Source of the DNA: Chloroflexota bacterium
GTDB taxonomy: Bacteria; Chloroflexota; UBA11872; UBA12225; JAJDUF01
NCBI GenBank assembly: GCA_965214295.1
Contig: OZ243944.1
Coordinates: forward strand, 4,158,426-4,222,425
DNA length: 64,000 nt
Direction of reading: 5' to 3'
In this document: positions 9,145-18,635 of the stretch, in pieces
How positions within the stretch are numbered: position 1 is the stretch's first letter
Layout: each line of letters begins with the position of its first letter
The notes under the pieces: generated by a model
Told to the model about the DNA's origin: nothing
Seen by the model: the letters and a program-made list of their open reading frames with translations, nothing else
Databases searched by the model: none
Made by a program: the position numbers and the translations under genes

Positions 9145-10038
9145 ATGGCGGGAAATGGCGCTGCGTGGCCAACCTTGGTGATCGAGGATTTGCACGCGGC
9201 TATTAATGGTCAGGAAATCTTGCACGGGATCAACCTGACGCTGAATAAAGGCGAAGTTCACGCCGTCATGGGACCGAACGGCTCCGGCAAGAGCACGCTG
9301 GCCTACGCTTTGATGGGCCATCCGACCTATGAGGTCACGCAAGGCTGCGTGCGGTTCAAGGGTGAAGACCTGCTGGAAATGGAGCCGGACGAGCGGGCCA
9401 AGGCCGGTCTCTTCCTGGCGTTTCAGTACCCGACCTCCATTCCGGGTATCAATATGGGCAACTTTCTCCGCCTGGCGGTGAAGGCGCGGTTTGGCGAGGA
9501 GCGCGCGCGGCAGTTCCGCAAGCTGCTCACGGAGAAGCTCCAGCTCCTGAAGATGGATCGCTCCTTCATGCGTCGGTATCTCAACGACGGCTTTTCCGGG
9601 GGTGAGAAGAAGCGCTCGGAAATCTTGCAGATGGCGCTGCTGGAGCCGGAGTTTGCCATTCTCGACGAGACCGATTCGGGGCTGGACATTGACGCGCTGC
9701 GGGTCGTCGCCGATGGGGTGAATGCCCAAATGAGTCCCAATCTCGGCGTGCTGGTTATCACCCACTATCAGCGGCTGTTGAACTACATCGAGCCAGACTT
9801 CGTGCATGTGCTGCTGGGAGGACATTTAGTACGGTCCGGCGGGCCGGAGCTGGCCTTGTATTTGGAGGAGCACGGCTACGATCCACTCATCAAGGAGTTG
9901 CGCGCGACGGGCCAGGCGGCCGTGTCGGAGGCCGCCGACGGAGCCGATATCGAAAGCGCAAGGGAGATGCGCGAGCATAGCGTGGTCGGTGGAGATGAGC
10001 ACGATCCCTTCCGGTCACATGGCCGGACTGCTCTCTAG
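9145..10038 (+). CDS. sufC: Fe-S cluster assembly ATPase SufC.
   Basis: Walker A GPNGSGKST, ABC signature FSGGEKKR, Walker B ILDETDSGLD, and a SufC-like N-terminus. RBS GGGAGGAG lies 8 nt upstream. Confidence 0.9.
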   Translation: MAGNGAAWPTLVIEDLHAAINGQEILHGINLTLNKGEVHAVMGPNGSGKSTLAYALMGHPTYEVTQGCVRFKGEDLLEMEPDERAKAGLFLAFQYPTSIPGINMGNFLRLAVKARFGEERARQFRKLLTEKLQLLKMDRSFMRRYLNDGFSGGEKKRSEILQMALLEPEFAILDETDSGLDIDALRVVADGVNAQMSPNLGVLVITHYQRLLNYIEPDFVHVLLGGHLVRSGGPELALYLEEHGYDPLIKELRATGQAAVSEAADGADIESAREMREHSVVGGDEHDPFRSHGRTAL

Positions 10039-10065
10039 GCAGGTGAGCGTTCAAGGAGTAAGAGC

Positions 10066-11517
10066 ATGGCAGCGGAGGCAGCAGTAGCGGCACGCGACCC
10101 GGAAAAGCTGCGCTTGATGCAGGAAGCGGCAGCGCAGCTGCCGACCGAATACTCGGCCGGCTGGCACGACGACGTGGAGTACACCTATCGCTCGGAGCGG
10201 GGCCTCCACCGGCGGGTCGTCGAGGAAATCTCAGCCATGAAGGGTGAGCCGGATTGGATGCGTCAGTTCCGCTTGGACGCGCTGGAGCATTTCGAGGCTC
10301 GTCCGATGCCGCAGTGGGGCGCAGACCTCAGTGGTGTGGACTTCGACAACATCCACTACTACATCCGTCCCACCGAGAAGCAGGGGCGCACGTGGGAAGA
10401 GGTACCCGACGACATCAAGAATACGTTCGACAAGCTCGGCATCCCGGAAGCGGAGCGCAAGTTCCTTGCCGGCGTGACCGCCCAATACGATTCGGAGGCG
10501 GTCTACCACAGCGTCCGCGAAGAGCTGGCCCAGCAAGGCGTCATCTTCACCGATATGGATAGTGGCCTGCGCGAGCACCCGGACCTCGTGAAGGAGTATT
10601 GGGCCACGGTCATCCCCTACAAGGACAACAAGATTGCCGCCTTGAACTCGGCGGTGTGGTCGGGAGGGTCGTTCGTCTACATCCCGGCCGGGGTCCACGT
10701 CACCATTCCGTTGCAGGCGTACTTCCGCATCAACTCGGAGGCGGCCGGGCAGTTCGAGCGCACCCTGATCATCGCCGAGGAAGGCAGCTACGTCCACTAC
10801 ATCGAGGGCTGCACAGCGCCGATCTATACCGAGGACAGCCTCCACTGCGCGGTCGTCGAGTTGATGGCCAAACCGGGGGCGACGATCCGCTATACGACCA
10901 TTCAGAACTGGTCGAACAACGTCTACAACCTCGTCACGAAGCGTGCGGTGGCCCAAGAGGAAGCGACCGTCGCCTGGATTGACGGCAACTTGGGCAGCAA
11001 GGTGACGATGAAGTATCCGGGCGTCTATCTTACCGGGCCAAAGGCCAAGGCGGAGATCGTCTCGGTGGCCATGGCCAACTCCGGGCAGGTGCAGGACGCC
11101 GGCGGCAAGATTTACCACGCGGCGCCGGAAACCTCTTCGACCATCAACTCGAAGTCGGTGACGCTCGGAACCGGCCAGGCCTCGTTCCGTGGCCTGCTGA
11201 AGATTTACAAGGGCGCCGAGAAGTCGGCCTCGCAGATGCGCTGCGATGCCTTGCTGCTGACGCCGGAATGCCGTTCGGACACCTACCCAACCATCGAGAT
11301 TGACGAGGAAGACGTGTCCATCGGACATGAAGCGACGGTTTCGAAGGTCGGCGAGGAGCAGCTGTTCTACTTGCAGAGCCGGGGCCTGTCGGAGGCGGAA
11401 GCGGTCACGCAGGTAGTGAACGGGTTCATGGAGCCGTTCAGCAAGGAGCTACCGATGGAATACGCGGTGGAGTTGAACCGCCTCATCCAGCTCCAGATGG
11501 ACGCTGCCGTCGGCTGA
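10066..11517 (+). CDS. sufB: Fe-S cluster assembly protein SufB.
   Basis: 483 aa. The conserved SufB C-terminal region (...GHEATVSKVGEEQLFYLQSRGLSEAEA...) sits between sufC and sufD. Confidence 0.9.
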   Translation: MAAEAAVAARDPEKLRLMQEAAAQLPTEYSAGWHDDVEYTYRSERGLHRRVVEEISAMKGEPDWMRQFRLDALEHFEARPMPQWGADLSGVDFDNIHYYIRPTEKQGRTWEEVPDDIKNTFDKLGIPEAERKFLAGVTAQYDSEAVYHSVREELAQQGVIFTDMDSGLREHPDLVKEYWATVIPYKDNKIAALNSAVWSGGSFVYIPAGVHVTIPLQAYFRINSEAAGQFERTLIIAEEGSYVHYIEGCTAPIYTEDSLHCAVVELMAKPGATIRYTTIQNWSNNVYNLVTKRAVAQEEATVAWIDGNLGSKVTMKYPGVYLTGPKAKAEIVSVAMANSGQVQDAGGKIYHAAPETSSTINSKSVTLGTGQASFRGLLKIYKGAEKSASQMRCDALLLTPECRSDTYPTIEIDEEDVSIGHEATVSKVGEEQLFYLQSRGLSEAEAVTQVVNGFMEPFSKELPMEYAVELNRLIQLQMDAAVG

Positions 11518-11570
11518 GGCACCCGTCATTCCCACCACCGCCCTGCCATTGCGATGAAATAACGCCGATT

Positions 11571-11597
11571 CGTCATTCCCGCGCAAGCGGGAATCCA
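11571..11597. repeat. Hairpin-A repeat copy (CGTCATTCCCGCGCAAGCGGGAATCCA), followed at 11599-11643 by a hairpin-B copy (CCCTCTTCCCAGTGGGAGAGGGTCGGGGTGAGGG).
   Basis: Direct reading, in the sufB-sufD intergenic region. Confidence 0.65.
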
Positions 11598-11677
11598 CCC
11601 CCTCTTCCCAGTGGGAGAGGGTCGGGGTGAGGGTAGCCGGAGGGGGTGGATGTGTCCATTTCCTGAGGAGAGTACGT

Positions 11678-13111
11678 GTGAGTGTAATCTCACCTGCGCG
11701 TGTAGTCGTGCGGCGCCGCCGCCGCACATCCGTTGCGCGTGAGCCAACCATCACGGCGGCGGCGGTCGCCGCGCTGAATGCGTCGCGGGGCGACCCGGAC
11801 TGGGTACAAGACTTGCGCCGCGCCAGTTTTGCAGCGTGGGAACGCTTACCCATGCCCACCCCAACCACGGAAGGGTGGCGTCGCACCGACCTGCGGCCGA
11901 TCACGTCACGGCTGCACACCGTCAAGCCGGCAGCGCCCCGCAGCGACTTTCACGACGCGGAGCTAGGCGATCTCGACGCCGGCCTGCAAGAGGCGCTCGA
12001 CGTGTACTTCCCGGTAGGAGGACTGGTCATCCAGCAGAACTCCACGACCGTCCAGGAGACTCTGGCCGACGAGCTGGCGCGCCAGGGGGTGCTGTTTATG
12101 GACATCCATGCGGCCGTGCGCGAGCACCCCGATCTGGTGCGGCCCTATCTGATGAACGTCGTGCCGGTGGGCTGGCAGCCGGGCGAGCCGTCCAATGCCG
12201 GGAAGTTCGAGGCGCTACACGGCGCCTTGTGGTCGGGGGGCACGTTTATCTACGTCCCGCCCAACACCGAGGTCGAGTTGCCGCTGCGGATGCTCCAGTG
12301 GACCGGCACGCCGGGCGTGGGCAGCTTTCCGCATACCGTCGTCGTCGTTGATCGCAATAGCAGCGTGACGTGCGTGGAGGAGTTCCACTCCCCAACCTTG
12401 CCGGCCGCGGCCCCGCCCCTCTTTACCAGCGGCGTCACGGAGCTGTACGTGCAGGACAATGCGCGGCTCAACTTCCTATCACTCCACGAACAGGCAACCG
12501 ACGCGCACACTTTCGTCACGCAGCGCTGTCGGCTGGGGCGGGATGCGTATGTCAACTGGGTCGTGGTCGGGATGGGGAGCGCCTATACGCGGGCTACGGC
12601 CGACGTGGTGCTGGCCGGCCGCGGCGCCACGGCCGAGATGCTGGGGTTGGCATTCGGTACGGGCACCCAGGTCTTCGACTTCCACACGCTGCAAGACCAC
12701 GTGGCGCCGCACACCGACAGCGACCAGCTCTATAAGACGGCGATGCAAGACCGGGCGCGGCTGGTCTACGAGGGGTTGGTGGTGATCCAGCCCACCGCCG
12801 GCGAGTCGAACGGCTACCAGGCTAACCGCAACCTGTTACTCAGCAAGACGGCGAAGGCCGACTCGATCCCGATGCTCGAAATCAAGAACAACGAAGTGAA
12901 GTGTACGCACGGCTCGGCTACCGGTCCGGTAGAGCCGGAGCACCTGTACTACCTGCGGACACGCGGTCTGCCGCGCCCGGTGGCCGAGCGCCTGATTATC
13001 CAAGGATTCTTCGAGCCGATTGTCGAGCGCATGGGTGTCGCGGCCCTGCAAGACCAGCTGCGCCAGGCCATAGATCGCAAAATCGGCGGCCTGGACCGCG
13101 ACGCGGGGTAA
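11678..13111 (+). CDS. sufD: Fe-S cluster assembly protein SufD.
   Basis: SufB/SufD-family beta-helix C-terminus (...THGSATGPVEPEHLYYLRTRGLPRPVAERLII). The track ORF (11627) starts inside intergenic repeats. A GTG at 11678 is preceded by GAGGAG. Confidence 0.75.
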   Translation: MSVISPARVVVRRRRRTSVAREPTITAAAVAALNASRGDPDWVQDLRRASFAAWERLPMPTPTTEGWRRTDLRPITSRLHTVKPAAPRSDFHDAELGDLDAGLQEALDVYFPVGGLVIQQNSTTVQETLADELARQGVLFMDIHAAVREHPDLVRPYLMNVVPVGWQPGEPSNAGKFEALHGALWSGGTFIYVPPNTEVELPLRMLQWTGTPGVGSFPHTVVVVDRNSSVTCVEEFHSPTLPAAAPPLFTSGVTELYVQDNARLNFLSLHEQATDAHTFVTQRCRLGRDAYVNWVVVGMGSAYTRATADVVLAGRGATAEMLGLAFGTGTQVFDFHTLQDHVAPHTDSDQLYKTAMQDRARLVYEGLVVIQPTAGESNGYQANRNLLLSKTAKADSIPMLEIKNNEVKCTHGSATGPVEPEHLYYLRTRGLPRPVAERLIIQGFFEPIVERMGVAALQDQLRQAIDRKIGGLDRDAG

Positions 13112-13123
13112 CGGGCGCTCACA

Positions 13124-13240
13124 AGGGTAGGTAAACCGGGAAGACAGGTGGAATGAGCTTGTAGGGGCGTAGCAGGCAACGTCCCTTCCTACCCCTACGA
13201 AGGAGGGGGAGGGCTGGGGTGAGGCCCCACAGGGGGTCTC
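13124..13240. repeat. Partial MITE-like / hairpin-B repeat copy downstream of sufD (ACAAGGGTAGGTAAACC..., GTAGGGG...CCCCTAC, GGAGGGGGAGGGCTGGGGTGAGG).
   Basis: Its left end matches the GGTAGGT TIR family, and a hairpin-B core is present. Confidence 0.45.
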
Positions 13241-13273
13241 TATAACCCAGTAACGTGCGGAGCGGAAAGATCG

Positions 13274-13591
13274 ATGGTTATGGAATACGTTGTCGTGGGC
13301 GAGGTAGGCGACCTGGAATCCGGGCACGTGCTGGTCGTCGAGATTGACGACTATCGCATTGCGGTGTGCAACCTGGACGGTACGTTCTACGCGATTGACG
13401 ACGTCTGTACGCACGACGGCGGGCCGCTCGATCAAGGGCGGCTAGAAGGCGACGAGATCGAGTGCCCGCGTCACGGCGCGCGGTTCAACGTGCGGACCGG
13501 TGCAGCGACCATGATGCCGGCGGTCGTGCCGGTCGCCACGTATCCGGTGGTCATCGAGGACGGCGAGGTGCTAGTCGGACTGCCGGCGTAG
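13274..13591 (+). CDS. Rieske [2Fe-2S] ferredoxin-type protein.
   Basis: CTHDGGPL...CPRHGARF (CxH...CxxH Rieske ligands) in a 105-aa protein. Confidence 0.8.
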   Translation: MVMEYVVVGEVGDLESGHVLVVEIDDYRIAVCNLDGTFYAIDDVCTHDGGPLDQGRLEGDEIECPRHGARFNVRTGAATMMPAVVPVATYPVVIEDGEVLVGLPA

Positions 13592-13675
13592 GGGATACGA
13601 TGGTGCTGGCCCGGTTGTAAGGGCGCAGCATATTGCGCCCTTACCGGGTGAGTGCTACGGCGGCAAGGAAAGTGG

Positions 13676-14959
13676 ATGAGGAAGACGGTGGCGGTAGAGA
13701 CACCCTCGGCGCCGACGCACGATCTCGCTGCACTGCGGGAGGACTTCCCCATCCTCCGACGCCGGATCAACGGCCGGCCCTTGGTCTACCTGGACAACGC
13801 CGCAACGTCGCAAAAACCTCGGCAGGTCCTCGACACCCTCGTCCACTTTTACGAGCACTCCAACGCCAACATCCATCGCGGCGTGCATACGCTAGGCGCG
13901 GAGGCCACCGGCGCCTACGAGGGGGCGCGCACGCTGGCCGCCGACCTCATCGGGGCAGCGAGTAGCGAGGAAATCATCTTCACGCGCAATACGACGGAGG
14001 CGATCAACCTCGTCGCCTACACGTGGGCGCGGGAGGTAGTGCGGCCGGGCGACGAGATCGTGGTGACGCGGCTGGAGCACCACAGCAATCTCGTCCCGTG
14101 GCTCCGTCTCACGCAGGAGCGCGAGGCGGTGCTGCGCGTGATCGAGCTGACCCCGGACGGCCGGCTCGACCTCGACCCGCTCGACGACCTGCTGACCGAG
14201 CGAACGAAGCTGGTGGCGGTGGGCCACGCCTCCAACGTGCTGGGCACCATTGCTCCGGTGGAGGAGCTAGCTCGGCGGGTACATGCTGTAGGCGCACATC
14301 TCTTGGTGGATGCCGCGCAAAGCGTACCGCACCAGCCAGTCAACGTGCGGGAGCTTGGCTGCGACTTCCTGGCCTTCTCGGCGCACAAGATGCTCGGCCC
14401 GACGGGAGTGGGGGTGCTGTGGGCACGACAGGAGTTGCTAGAGGCCATGCCGCCCTTCCTGGGCGGCGGCAGCATGATCGGCCGCGTGACCCTGGACCGC
14501 GTGACCTGGAACGTGCTCCCGTACAAGCTAGAGGCCGGTACGCCCAACATCGCCGACGTGGTGGCCTTCGGAGCCGCCATCGAGTACTTGCAGCGGGTGG
14601 GAATGGCGGCGGTACGCGCCCACGAGCGCGACCTGCTGGCCTACGCGCTGGAGCGGCTGGCGGACCGGCCGGAGCTGGAGCTGTATGGCCCGACGGACCT
14701 CGATCAACGCGGTGGAGTGATCTCCTTCAACGTGCGTGGTGTGCATTCGCACGATGTCAGTACGATCCTCGACGAGCAGGCCATTGCCGTGCGAGCCGGT
14801 CATCACTGTACGCAGCCGCTCCACGAGTGGCTCGACGTGGCCGGCTCGACGCGCGCCAGTTTCTATCTTTACAATACGCCGGCGGACGTGGATGCATTGG
14901 TGAGCGGGCTGGACCGCGTCAAGGAGGTGTTCCACCGTGCCATTGGACGAGCTTTATAA
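13676..14959 (+). CDS. sufS: Cysteine desulfurase SufS (class V aminotransferase).
   Basis: PLP-lysine context FSAHKMLGPTGVGVL, the catalytic loop RAGHHCTQP, and a SufS-like N-terminus (LREDFPIL). The start was taken at MRKTVAV. Confidence 0.9.
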   Translation: MRKTVAVETPSAPTHDLAALREDFPILRRRINGRPLVYLDNAATSQKPRQVLDTLVHFYEHSNANIHRGVHTLGAEATGAYEGARTLAADLIGAASSEEIIFTRNTTEAINLVAYTWAREVVRPGDEIVVTRLEHHSNLVPWLRLTQEREAVLRVIELTPDGRLDLDPLDDLLTERTKLVAVGHASNVLGTIAPVEELARRVHAVGAHLLVDAAQSVPHQPVNVRELGCDFLAFSAHKMLGPTGVGVLWARQELLEAMPPFLGGGSMIGRVTLDRVTWNVLPYKLEAGTPNIADVVAFGAAIEYLQRVGMAAVRAHERDLLAYALERLADRPELELYGPTDLDQRGGVISFNVRGVHSHDVSTILDEQAIAVRAGHHCTQPLHEWLDVAGSTRASFYLYNTPADVDALVSGLDRVKEVFHRAIGRAL

Positions 14960-15416
14960 GGATATCATCCTCGATCACTACGAATATCCCCGCAATAAGG
15001 GCCAGATCGAGAGTGCGACCTGCACGTGCGCCGGTGGCGACAACCCGATCTGTGGCGACAGCGTTGACGTGTGCCTCTCCTTGGAGGACAACCATGTCGC
15101 GGCCGTGGCCTTCGAGGGCCGGGGCTGCGCCATCAGCCAGGCCTCGGCGTCCATGATGACCGAGGCGGTCGAAGGGAAGGCGGTGGCGGACGTGCAGCGC
15201 TGGTACCGGACCGTCCACGGGCTGCTGACGAATCACCCGGACGAGATGGACTCGGCGCTGGACTTAGGCGATCTGGAAGCGCTCGAAGGCGTGCGGCAGT
15301 ATCCGGTGCGGATCAAGTGTGCGCTGCTGGCATGGGAGGCCCTGCGAGTGGCGCTACGGCAGGCGCTCGCCGGCGGCGCGGCCGCACAGCAGCACGCCGT
15401 CGTCACGACGGAGTAG
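14937..15416 (+). CDS. sufU: SufU-type (zinc-dependent) sulfur-transfer / Fe-S scaffold protein.
   Basis: NPICGD, GRGCAISQASASMMTE and RIKCALLAWEAL motifs, with the SufU-specific insertion. GTG start overlaps the sufS 3' end by 23 nt. Confidence 0.8.
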   Translation: MPLDELYKDIILDHYEYPRNKGQIESATCTCAGGDNPICGDSVDVCLSLEDNHVAAVAFEGRGCAISQASASMMTEAVEGKAVADVQRWYRTVHGLLTNHPDEMDSALDLGDLEALEGVRQYPVRIKCALLAWEALRVALRQALAGGAAAQQHAVVTTE

Positions 15417-15492
15417 GTCCACCAGCGACGGCGGGCGGGGGATGAGGTCAAATAGCCCAGGTAGCCACGCCAGGATGCAAGGAGCAACGCCG

Positions 15493-15810
15493 ATGATGGA
15501 GAAGACCGCGCTGACCGAAACCAGCGTGCGCGAGGCACTGAAGCAGGTTGACGACCCGGAGCTAGGGATCAACATTGTTGATCTGGGCTTGGTCTACGAA
15601 ATCGCCATCGAGGGCACCGAGGTCAACGTCCTGATGACGCTCACGACACCGTTCTGTCCGGTCGGTCCGCAGATCAAGGCGCAGATTGACCAAATCCTCA
15701 AGAGCAACATTGCGGACGTGACGAAAGGGAGCGTCGAGTTCACCTTCAATCCGCCTTGGGACAAGGATATGATGTCGGAGGAGGCCAAAGAGGAGCTGGG
15801 CATCTGGTAG
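15493..15810 (+). CDS. sufT: DUF59 / SufT-like Fe-S cluster assembly protein.
   Basis: MIP18/DUF59 core (DPELGINIVDLGLVYEI...LTTPFCPVGP). Internal ATG at 15493 with AAGGAG 9 nt upstream. The track ORF (15319) has a repeat-derived 5' extension. Confidence 0.8.
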   Translation: MMEKTALTETSVREALKQVDDPELGINIVDLGLVYEIAIEGTEVNVLMTLTTPFCPVGPQIKAQIDQILKSNIADVTKGSVEFTFNPPWDKDMMSEEAKEELGIW

Positions 15811-16010
15811 GCCGGGGTGCCATCCGCTCCTCCGTACACAGCAGGGGGAGGCCTAGAGAGGGGGGGCCAATGCAGTGTCCGGTCCCCTGTGGTCCCCTCG
15901 CTCCGCAGAGGGGTAGGCGCGGCATGCTGCCTCTCGGTTATGCTCCAGTGCGTATGCTACCCTGTCTTGGCTGATGACAGTGTCTCCGCATCGGTAGCTC
16001 GGCATGGCGT

Positions 16011-16403
16011 ATGAAGTATTCCGATCTCGTCCGTGACCATTTCGGCTCGCCGCGGAATCTCGGCGAGATCGTCGACCCTGACGGGATGGGCGACGTGGAG
16101 AATCCCGTCTGCGGTGACCGTACCGTGCTGACGATCCGAGTACGCGACGACCGCATTGCCGCGGCGCGCTTTCGAGCCGTGGGTTGCCCGGCCGCCATCG
16201 CCGCCAGCTCGATCACAACCGAGCTGCTCGTCGGGCGCACCTTGGCAGAAGCGTTACGCCTAACGAACGAGGACGTGTCCGCAGCACTCGGTGGTCTACC
16301 GGCCAACAAGCTGCACTGCTCAGTACTCGCCGAGGACGTCGTGCGGGCAGCCCTCGCAGACTACCGACAGCGCGCCGACGCCGCGGCGGAGGTGGGCCAA
16401 TGA
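16011..16403 (+). CDS. IscU/NifU-type Fe-S scaffold protein.
   Basis: DPDGMGDVENPVCGD, GCPAAIAASS and LHCSVLAEDVVRAALADY give the three conserved Cys and the LPPVKxHCSxLAEDA motif of IscU. Confidence 0.8.
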   Translation: MKYSDLVRDHFGSPRNLGEIVDPDGMGDVENPVCGDRTVLTIRVRDDRIAAARFRAVGCPAAIAASSITTELLVGRTLAEALRLTNEDVSAALGGLPANKLHCSVLAEDVVRAALADYRQRADAAAEVGQ

Positions 16404-17731
16404 TCGTTCCCCTCGCATATGGCCGTTCCGGAATGGACTTGGCGGTTCCCGACGAGTTTGCCGACCGGGTGACTGTGGTCGAGCCACGCTACGTGCCCGG
16501 TCTACCGGACGAGGCGGCGGCGCTGCGGGCGGCGCTCCGCGAGCCGATGGGGACGCCTTCCCTGCGCGATCTACTCTCGCCAACGGATACGGTGGCCGTC
16601 GTCTTCTGCGACATCACGCGGCCGATGCCGAGCGACCGGGTGCTGCCGGTGCTGTTGGAGGAAGTCGAGACGGTCGTGGGGCGCGACCGCATTGTGCTCG
16701 TCAACGGGACCGGCACCCACCGCGCCAACACGCCGGACGAGTTACGCGAGATGCTCGGCCCGGAGTTGGTCGCGCAGTATCGCATTGTGCAGCACGATGC
16801 CCGCAACGAGGACGAGCTGGTCCACGTCGGCACCACGCCGCACGGGACGCCGGTGTGGATCAACAAGCACTTCCTGAACGCCTCGGTGCGTCTGCTCACC
16901 GGCTTCATCGAGCCGCACTTGTTCGCCGGGTTCAGCGGTGGTCCGAAGATGGTGGTGCCGGCGGTGGCAGGACTGGCCACCGTCATGGCCAACCACGGCG
17001 CTCGTTTCATCGCCGAGCCGCAGGCGATCTGGGGTATCCGCGAGGGCAACCCGTTGTGGGAAGACCTGCGCGCGGCGGCTATGATGGGGCAACCGACCTT
17101 CAGCCTCAACGTGGCGCTGAACAAGGAGCGCGAGATCACGGCCGTGTTCGCTGGCGACACGCTGACCGCGCATCGCGTCGGCTGCGAGTGGGTCGGCGAG
17201 CACGCGATGCAGCCGGTCCCGGAGCCGTTCGACGTGGTTGTTACCACCAACAGCGGGTATCCGCTCGATCTCAACGTGTACCAGGCGATCAAAGGGGTTT
17301 CGGCCGCAAACCGCGTCGTGCGCGAGGGCGGGGCGATCATCTTAGCCGCGGAATGCTGGGACGGTATTCCCAGCCACGGTCAGTACGGCGAGCTGCTGGA
17401 GAGCAGCACGAGTCTCGACGAGGTGCTGCAGAAGATTTGCACGCCCGGCTTTGTGGTGCCGGATCAGTGGCAGGCGCAGATCCAAGCCCAAATACAGTTG
17501 CGCGCTGCGGTCTACCTCTACTCGTCGCTCGACGACGACACGGTGCGCCGGACGCATTTGGAGCCGTGTGGGCCGCTCTCCGATCGGTTTGCCGCACTGA
17601 TGCGCGCGGCGGGACCGGAAGCGACCGCCTGTATCCTACCGCAAGGGCCGCAAACCGTTCCCTACCTGGTGCCTGACGCTGGCCAAGGCGCGTGGGCACG
17701 GCAGTTAGCCGTCGCCGGAAAGGCAGCCTGA
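16400..17731 (+). CDS. LarA-family (nickel-pincer-nucleotide-dependent 2-hydroxyacid racemase/epimerase-like) protein.
   Basis: DUF2088/LarA N-terminal motifs FCDITRPMPSD, NGTGTHRANTPDE and GTTPHGTPVWINK, plus the conserved FSGGPK lysine and the GYPLDLNVYQ motif. The ATG overlaps the upstream stop (ATGA at 16400-16403). Confidence 0.8.
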   Translation: MIVPLAYGRSGMDLAVPDEFADRVTVVEPRYVPGLPDEAAALRAALREPMGTPSLRDLLSPTDTVAVVFCDITRPMPSDRVLPVLLEEVETVVGRDRIVLVNGTGTHRANTPDELREMLGPELVAQYRIVQHDARNEDELVHVGTTPHGTPVWINKHFLNASVRLLTGFIEPHLFAGFSGGPKMVVPAVAGLATVMANHGARFIAEPQAIWGIREGNPLWEDLRAAAMMGQPTFSLNVALNKEREITAVFAGDTLTAHRVGCEWVGEHAMQPVPEPFDVVVTTNSGYPLDLNVYQAIKGVSAANRVVREGGAIILAAECWDGIPSHGQYGELLESSTSLDEVLQKICTPGFVVPDQWQAQIQAQIQLRAAVYLYSSLDDDTVRRTHLEPCGPLSDRFAALMRAAGPEATACILPQGPQTVPYLVPDAGQGAWARQLAVAGKAA

Positions 17732-17746
17732 TCTGTGGAAGGCCCG

Positions 17747-18619
17747 ATGGTGCAATCCGACATCACGATCAAGTCTGCGGCCGAGTTCGAGAAGATGCGC
17801 GCGGCCGGGGCGCTGGTCGCGCAGGTCCACCGGCGGCTGACGGCCGAGGCGCGACCCGGCGTGAGCACCGCCGACCTCGACCAGATCGCCGAGACTATGA
17901 CTCGTGAGGCCGGGGCCATACCGTCGTTCAAGGGGTATCACGGCTTCCCGGCGTGCATTTGCGCCAGCATCAACGAGGAGATCGTACACGGCATTCCCAG
18001 CCGGCGGCGCGTGTTGCAATCGGGTGATCTGCTCAGTATTGACTTTGGCGCGATCATTGACGGTTGGCACGGCGACGCGGCCATCACCATCCCCATCGGC
18101 GACGTGGGTCCGGCGGCACTACGTTTGCTGGAGATCACGCGCGAGGCGCTGTATCTCTCGATAGCGCTCGCCCGCGCCGGCAATACGCTTGGCGACGTTG
18201 GCGCGGTGGTCGAGCGTCACGCCCGCGCTCACGGCTATAAGGTGGTACGCGAGTACTGCGGGCACGGCATTGGCCGCGAGATGCACGAGGAGCCGGCCGT
18301 CCTGAACCATGGCCGGCCCGGGCGCGGCGACATGCTGCGGCCAGGCATGGCTATCGCTATCGAGCCGATGCTGCTGGTGGGTGACGACACGACCTCGGTA
18401 GACCCGGACGGCTGGACGGTGCGGACCGCGGACCGCAAGTTATCGGCGCACTGGGAGCATACGGTGGCGATTACCGAGAACGGCCCCGACATCCTGACCC
18501 GCCTGCCGGACGACGACGCGCCGGATCGCTTGCTGGCGGCAGCGGTGGCCAAGCTCAACCGGCAGTCCACGCGCCGCAAGCCCAAGCGCCCCCGCCAGCG
18601 GCAGCGCGCGCGACGATAA
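17747..18619 (+). CDS. map: Methionine aminopeptidase type I.
   Basis: MetAP metal-ligand contexts (DFGAIIDGWHGD, EYCGHGIG, AIEPML). It has a basic C-terminal tail. The track start (GTG 17735) is also possible. Confidence 0.85.
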   Translation: MVQSDITIKSAAEFEKMRAAGALVAQVHRRLTAEARPGVSTADLDQIAETMTREAGAIPSFKGYHGFPACICASINEEIVHGIPSRRRVLQSGDLLSIDFGAIIDGWHGDAAITIPIGDVGPAALRLLEITREALYLSIALARAGNTLGDVGAVVERHARAHGYKVVREYCGHGIGREMHEEPAVLNHGRPGRGDMLRPGMAIAIEPMLLVGDDTTSVDPDGWTVRTADRKLSAHWEHTVAITENGPDILTRLPDDDAPDRLLAAAVAKLNRQSTRRKPKRPRQRQRARR

Positions 18620-18635
18620 GCGACAAGGAAGACGT

